From: an uncultured Candidatus Saccharibacteria bacterium
Lineage (GTDB): Bacteria; Patescibacteriota; Minisyncoccia; Phycocordibacterales; JAACPR01
Assembly: GCA_964461185.1 (NCBI GenBank)
Contig: CAYWTD010000007.1
Span: 1 to 20,262 of the forward strand
Length of the DNA stretch: 20,262 nucleotides
Reading direction: 5' to 3'
The position numbers were made by a program, and so were the translations under genes. The notes under the pieces were generated by a model that had not been told where the DNA came from, did no database searches, and saw only the letters and a list, made by a program, of their open reading frames with translations. Positions 17,698-20,262 of the stretch are shown piece by piece. Positions within the stretch are counted from its first letter, which is position 1. Each line of letters starts with the position of its first letter.

Positions 17698-17780
17698 GCG
17701 CGAGTGGCGGAATTGGCAGACGCACTTGCCTTAGGAGCAAGCGAGGTTTCCTCGTGGAGGTTCAAGTCCTCTCTCGCGCA
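17698..17780 (+). tRNA. tRNA-Leu (anticodon TAG)
   Basis: 83 nt. The acceptor GCGCGAG/CTCGCGC pairs perfectly. The anticodon arm CTTGC-CTTAGGA-GCAAG gives UAG. The variable-arm hairpin is CGAGG-ttt-CCTCG, the T-arm is GGAGG-TTCAAGT-CCTCT, and the discriminator is A. Confidence 0.85.
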
Positions 17781-17828
17781 CACAAGACAAAAAAACACGG
17801 CCATGCATCGTTTTTTTTGTTTTTTCTA

Positions 17829-17858
17829 TTGACATTTAGCCATAAAACGTGCTATAAT
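17829..17858 (+). promoter_or_regulatory. Consensus sigma-70 promoter with extended -10 driving the SPFH operon
   Basis: TTGACA (17829..17834), an 18-nt spacer, then TGcTATAAT (TG at 17850..17851, TATAAT at 17853..17858). Both hexamers match consensus perfectly. The predicted start site is near 17865, about 55 nt before the ATG at 17920. Confidence 0.6.
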
Positions 17859-17919
17859 ATGTTTCAGAAAAATAAACCCGTGGTTTAACGCCACACATGT
17901 ACATTGAAAAGGAGTTGTT

Positions 17920-18984
17920 ATGGAAAAGTTAATTGGTTTTTCGTCTTTTGTCGCCGTATTATCATTCATTGGAATGGCGGTTGGCTTTCTCGGTACGATT
18001 TTTGGAAATGAACAAAACAAGCCCGTGGAACAAGCTCCACGTTGGTTGTTCTTTGTGTCATTTCTCGTGCTGGTAACTAGTGTTACCTATTTGGTGACGC
18101 TTGCGTGCCTTCAGGTCTTTCTTGGAATTACTCATGGTTTCTTGTATACAGCAATTCCAATTCTCGTATCTGGATATTGTTTGTCGACAGTGTTTGTAAA
18201 AACACATGAGTCTTTCCTTGTGAATCTGAAAAGCAACGAGTTCGCCATGGCGAACGATAAACTGTTTGGCCGATTTTGTGTAAACGAATCTGGCATTCAA
18301 AATTACCGAGTGTTTTTTGGTGGTCTAACCGCCAAATTTCCCTGGGAAATTGTTGAACCAAACAGTGATCTAAATCGTGATCGCAGAGTTGAGGTGGACT
18401 ATAACACCGAATTCAAGGATGGAACTACTGGGCATGTAAGGTTTTCTTTCTTACTCAAGCCAAACCCAATGAAACTTCAGCAATATGTCACGACCAGCAC
18501 CAACACGGATGAAAGAACAAAAATCCTTGAAGGAGTCTTTGGCGACACAATCAAAATGATCCTGAGCGATAAGTTCAAGAAAAAGACGATTGATCAAGCC
18601 ACAGCAAAGAAGGCTGTGATTCGTGACGAGGTTCTCAAAAAGGGCCGTACTGAAATCGGGACGCAGGAAGAGACCTATGGTGTTACATTCGGTAGTTTCG
18701 TCATAAGCGACATCGACTACCCCGAAAACATCAGAGACGCTTATGAACAAGAAATTGTTTTCAAGCGTTTCATGGTGCCTGTAAAGCAGTTGCTCAAGCA
18801 GAGAGGTTATACTGATGAACAAATTAATGGAACCTGTGATGAAAATGACAGGGTTCCATTTGAAGTTCTGAAATGGGCATTTGAGCAAGCACAAATCAAT
18901 ACTGGATTGGCGACGCTGGAAATCAAAGACTGGCGTGGCCTTGAGGGTGTTATGAAGGCGCTTGGGAATATTGGTTCCAAATAA
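17920..18984 (+). CDS. Polytopic membrane protein with an SPFH/band-7 (stomatin/prohibitin-like) domain
   Basis: 354 aa. It has three N-terminal hydrophobic helices (LIGFSSFVAVLSFIGMAVGFLGTIF; WLFFVSFLVLVTSVTYLVTLACLQVFL; FLYTAIPILVSGYCLSTVFV). The segment GLTAKFPWEIVEP...GHVRFSFLLKPNPMKLQQYVTTSTN...ERTKILEGVFGDTIKMILSDKF...AVIRDEVLKKGRTEIGTQEETYGVTFGSFVISDIDYPENIRDAYEQE aligns block by block with the prohibitin/stomatin SPFH domain (GLHFRIPW...; [73 protein letters not shown]). It has a strong SD (AAGGAG, 5 nt before the ATG) and elevated GC. Confidence 0.65.
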   Translation: MEKLIGFSSFVAVLSFIGMAVGFLGTIFGNEQNKPVEQAPRWLFFVSFLVLVTSVTYLVTLACLQVFLGITHGFLYTAIPILVSGYCLSTVFVKTHESFLVNLKSNEFAMANDKLFGRFCVNESGIQNYRVFFGGLTAKFPWEIVEPNSDLNRDRRVEVDYNTEFKDGTTGHVRFSFLLKPNPMKLQQYVTTSTNTDERTKILEGVFGDTIKMILSDKFKKKTIDQATAKKAVIRDEVLKKGRTEIGTQEETYGVTFGSFVISDIDYPENIRDAYEQEIVFKRFMVPVKQLLKQRGYTDEQINGTCDENDRVPFEVLKWAFEQAQINTGLATLEIKDWRGLEGVMKALGNIGSK

Positions 18985-18990
18985 GGAGAG

Positions 18991-19566
18991 ATGATTATGA
19001 GCGAGACAGAGAACAACAGGTCCATTAGTCAAGGATTGGCTAAGAAGATATCGAAAAGCATTATGTGGCTTTCGATTATCATTGTGGTCATTATCGCACT
19101 GATGAACCTGTCAAAATCAAAGCAGTCATTTTCTTCTTGGGTGGACAAAAAAACACAAAAAACCAAGACGACTGAGATTGCAACGCCTAGCCCTTTTACA
19201 CCAAGTCGTGGGTCTTTTACCCTCATTCCTGGTGGAAAAGTCGTTAGGATCAGCATGAGAAAAGTGCGAAGTATAGATTGGTGCCCTGAAACCACCGACG
19301 AGTACTTTGTTCGATATATAAAGATGGATGGCTTGCCGTGGAGGCCCATTACATCTTCTGCTGATGGCTGGATATCATCGAGAAACAATTATAGTCCGGA
19401 ACAAGTGATGGCAGGTGCCGGAAACATTCTGGAGGTACAGTTCAAAGTACCAAAATCAAAAACTTCTCGATGGTTTTGTAAAGTAAGTGAAATACCTTAC
19501 GAGCCGGTGACAATTAGGATCAGCGATGATCCGACATTCGATAGGAATCCAAGACGATACTTGTAA
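18991..19566 (+). CDS. Single-pass membrane protein of unknown family, translationally coupled to the SPFH gene (probable true start 18997)
   Basis: 191 aa. After a basic N-terminus comes one TM helix (IMWLSIIIVVIIALMNL), then a ~140-aa domain with two Cys (DWCPETT, RWFCKVSE) and no motif I recognise. The SD AGGAG (18984..18988) overlaps the upstream TAA stop. The spacing favours the second ATG at 18997. It ends in the double stop TAATAG. Confidence 0.65.
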   Translation: MIMSETENNRSISQGLAKKISKSIMWLSIIIVVIIALMNLSKSKQSFSSWVDKKTQKTKTTEIATPSPFTPSRGSFTLIPGGKVVRISMRKVRSIDWCPETTDEYFVRYIKMDGLPWRPITSSADGWISSRNNYSPEQVMAGAGNILEVQFKVPKSKTSRWFCKVSEIPYEPVTIRISDDPTFDRNPRRYL

Positions 19567-19582
19567 TAGAATCATAGCAAAA

Positions 19583-19611
19583 GCCCCGACCTAATGGCCG
19601 GGGCTTTTTTT
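19583..19611. terminator. Strong bidirectional intrinsic terminator closing the SPFH operon (+) and the convergent pilin-like genes (-)
   Basis: GCCCCGACC-taat-GGCCGGGGC is a 9-bp GC-rich stem with one mismatch. On the plus strand it is followed by TTTTTTT, and it is preceded by AAAA, which gives a U-run on the minus strand. Confidence 0.85.
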
Positions 19612-19630
19612 ACAACAAATAAAATTAAAT

Positions 19631-19873
19631 TTAGCCGTATACGGTGCTTAAAGCAATTCTAACTATTGTAAAGACAGACATCATGATCAACATACCAATC
19701 AGCCCCCAAATAATGTGCTGTCTACCAGTTTGCCTCGCCTCAGCATTATCAGAGTCTTTTATGTAAACAAAGACACCCCAAATGAAAACAACTAATGCTG
19801 CTGCAAAAAGAAGTCGAATTAGTGGATTAACAACCACATTAACAACTTTGGATAAAAATTGATCAAGTTCCAT
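19631..19873 (-). CDS. Small two-helix membrane protein, T4SS-pilin-like (TrbC/VirB2-like family common in Patescibacteria)
   Basis: 80 aa. The pattern ...LLFAAALVVFIWGVFVYIKDSDNAEARQTGRQHIIWGLIGMLIMMSVFTIV is helix-1, then GG/WG-x-x-Y, a short polar loop with AR/AK, then helix-2. It is paralogous to the next gene. Confidence 0.6.
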   Translation of the reverse strand: MELDQFLSKVVNVVVNPLIRLLFAAALVVFIWGVFVYIKDSDNAEARQTGRQHIIWGLIGMLIMMSVFTIVRIALSTVYG

Positions 19874-19893
19874 GTTTTATAATATTGAATAAT

Positions 19894-20238
19894 TTATCTT
19901 CCTGGTATTGAAGGCAATGTAACTTGGCCAGAACCACCTGTGTTCACACCTATAGTCTGTCCCAATAATTCAACAATTCCCCAAACAGAAACCATAACGA
20001 ACAAAACAATGATTCCATAAATCATAACGCTTCGCGCTTCTGTTCTCTTGTCCTCATCAGTGGCAACAACGTATTGGAGTATTCCCCAAATAAATACAAC
20101 AACAGCAATACCAATAATAAGAGGAATCAATGAAGATACCAACCCTTGTATGTTTGCGATTACACCGGCTAGACCATCTGCAGCAAAAAGCGCAGTCGGA
20201 AGTAAAACAGCAGTTAATCCTGAAATATACCTAATCAT
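19894..20238 (-). CDS. T4SS-pilin-like small membrane protein with an N-terminal signal peptide (tandem paralog)
   Basis: 114 aa with a signal-peptide-like N-terminus (MIRYISGLTAVLLPTALFA/ADG). The core LIPLIIGIAVVVFIWGILQYVVATDEDKRTEARSVMIYGIIVLFVMVSVWGIV aligns with the 80-aa neighbour (shared VVFIWG...Y...D...EAR....G.I......SV..IV). It carries a Gly/Thr-rich C-terminal tail. Confidence 0.6.
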   Translation of the reverse strand: MIRYISGLTAVLLPTALFAADGLAGVIANIQGLVSSLIPLIIGIAVVVFIWGILQYVVATDEDKRTEARSVMIYGIIVLFVMVSVWGIVELLGQTIGVNTGGSGQVTLPSIPGR

Positions 20239-20262
20239 AATTTTATAATTAATTAATTTATA

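Noticed and set aside
17781-17828. A-tract ... T-tract (AAAAAAACACGGCCATGCATCGTTTTTTTTGTTTTTT) after the last tRNA, as a possible terminator
   Set aside because: The inner sequence forms only a trivial ATGCAT palindrome, so there is no convincing stem. The T-run may still help termination of the tRNA transcript, but I cannot support a hairpin call.
17826-19388. Minus-strand ORFs antisense to the SPFH operon, including the 193-aa ORF at 18451..19032
   Set aside because: Higher-GC DNA yields long antisense ORFs. They have no SD or promoter, their products are Cys/Leu-rich junk, and the sense strand has domain-level homology and coupled SD signals.
19560-19700. Search for an att-like direct repeat of the tRNA-Leu(TAG) 3' end or an integrase to define a mobile element
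   Set aside because: No repeat of the tRNA 3' sequence and no integrase or transposase ORF were found anywhere in the window. The insert is therefore described as moron-like and not called a mobile_element.
20048-20248. 66-aa plus-strand ORF
   Set aside because: It is antisense to the signal-peptide-bearing pilin-like gene and has no start signals.
1-20262. CRISPR arrays, large tandem repeats, rRNA, tmRNA, RNase P RNA, riboswitches
   Set aside because: No spaced direct repeats were seen. All intergenic gaps are under 140 nt, which is too short for these RNAs, and none showed the characteristic motifs.

Overview
The window looks like core chromosome from a small, AT-rich, streamlined bacterium, with three small GC-elevated, moron-like inserts.

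Core genes:
- Minus strand: smc (N-terminal part), rnc, a nusB-NUDIX fusion, rpmF, rnhB.
- Plus strand: dnaE, thrS.
- Minus strand: a sortase, tRNA-Tyr (plus strand), clpB, a histidine-free HtrA-like pseudo-protease, a cysteine desulfurase.
- Plus strand: a DUF4446 membrane protein, a compact infB, rbfA, then a four-tRNA cluster (Cys-GCA, Leu-TAA, Lys-CTT, Leu-TAG).
- Minus strand, window end: two tandem small two-helix proteins resembling the T4SS-pilin-like family that is abundant in Patescibacteria (CPR).

Native genes mostly lack Shine-Dalgarno (SD) sequences, and hand-counted 60-nt samples are roughly 23-38% GC. Against this background, three inserts have roughly 45-57% GC in the same kind of samples, canonical AGGAG-type SD sequences and their own terminators; two of the three also have near-consensus sigma-70 promoters, and none could be found for the 67-aa gene.
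1. 2672..2940: a 67-aa gene with a possible ribbon-helix-helix N-terminus.
2. 8619..9250: a 168-aa gene of unknown family, convergent with thrS and sharing a GNRA-loop bidirectional terminator with it.
3. 17829..19611: a two-gene operon placed directly after the tRNA cluster, the best candidate for an undescribed system. It has a consensus TTGACA-18-TGcTATAAT promoter, a 354-aa protein with three N-terminal TM helices plus an SPFH/band-7 (prohibitin-like) domain, a translationally coupled 191-aa single-pass membrane protein of no recognisable family, and a strong bidirectional terminator.

No CRISPR array, integrase, transposase or att-type direct repeat was seen. All family calls come from motif recognition by eye and need HMM or structure confirmation.
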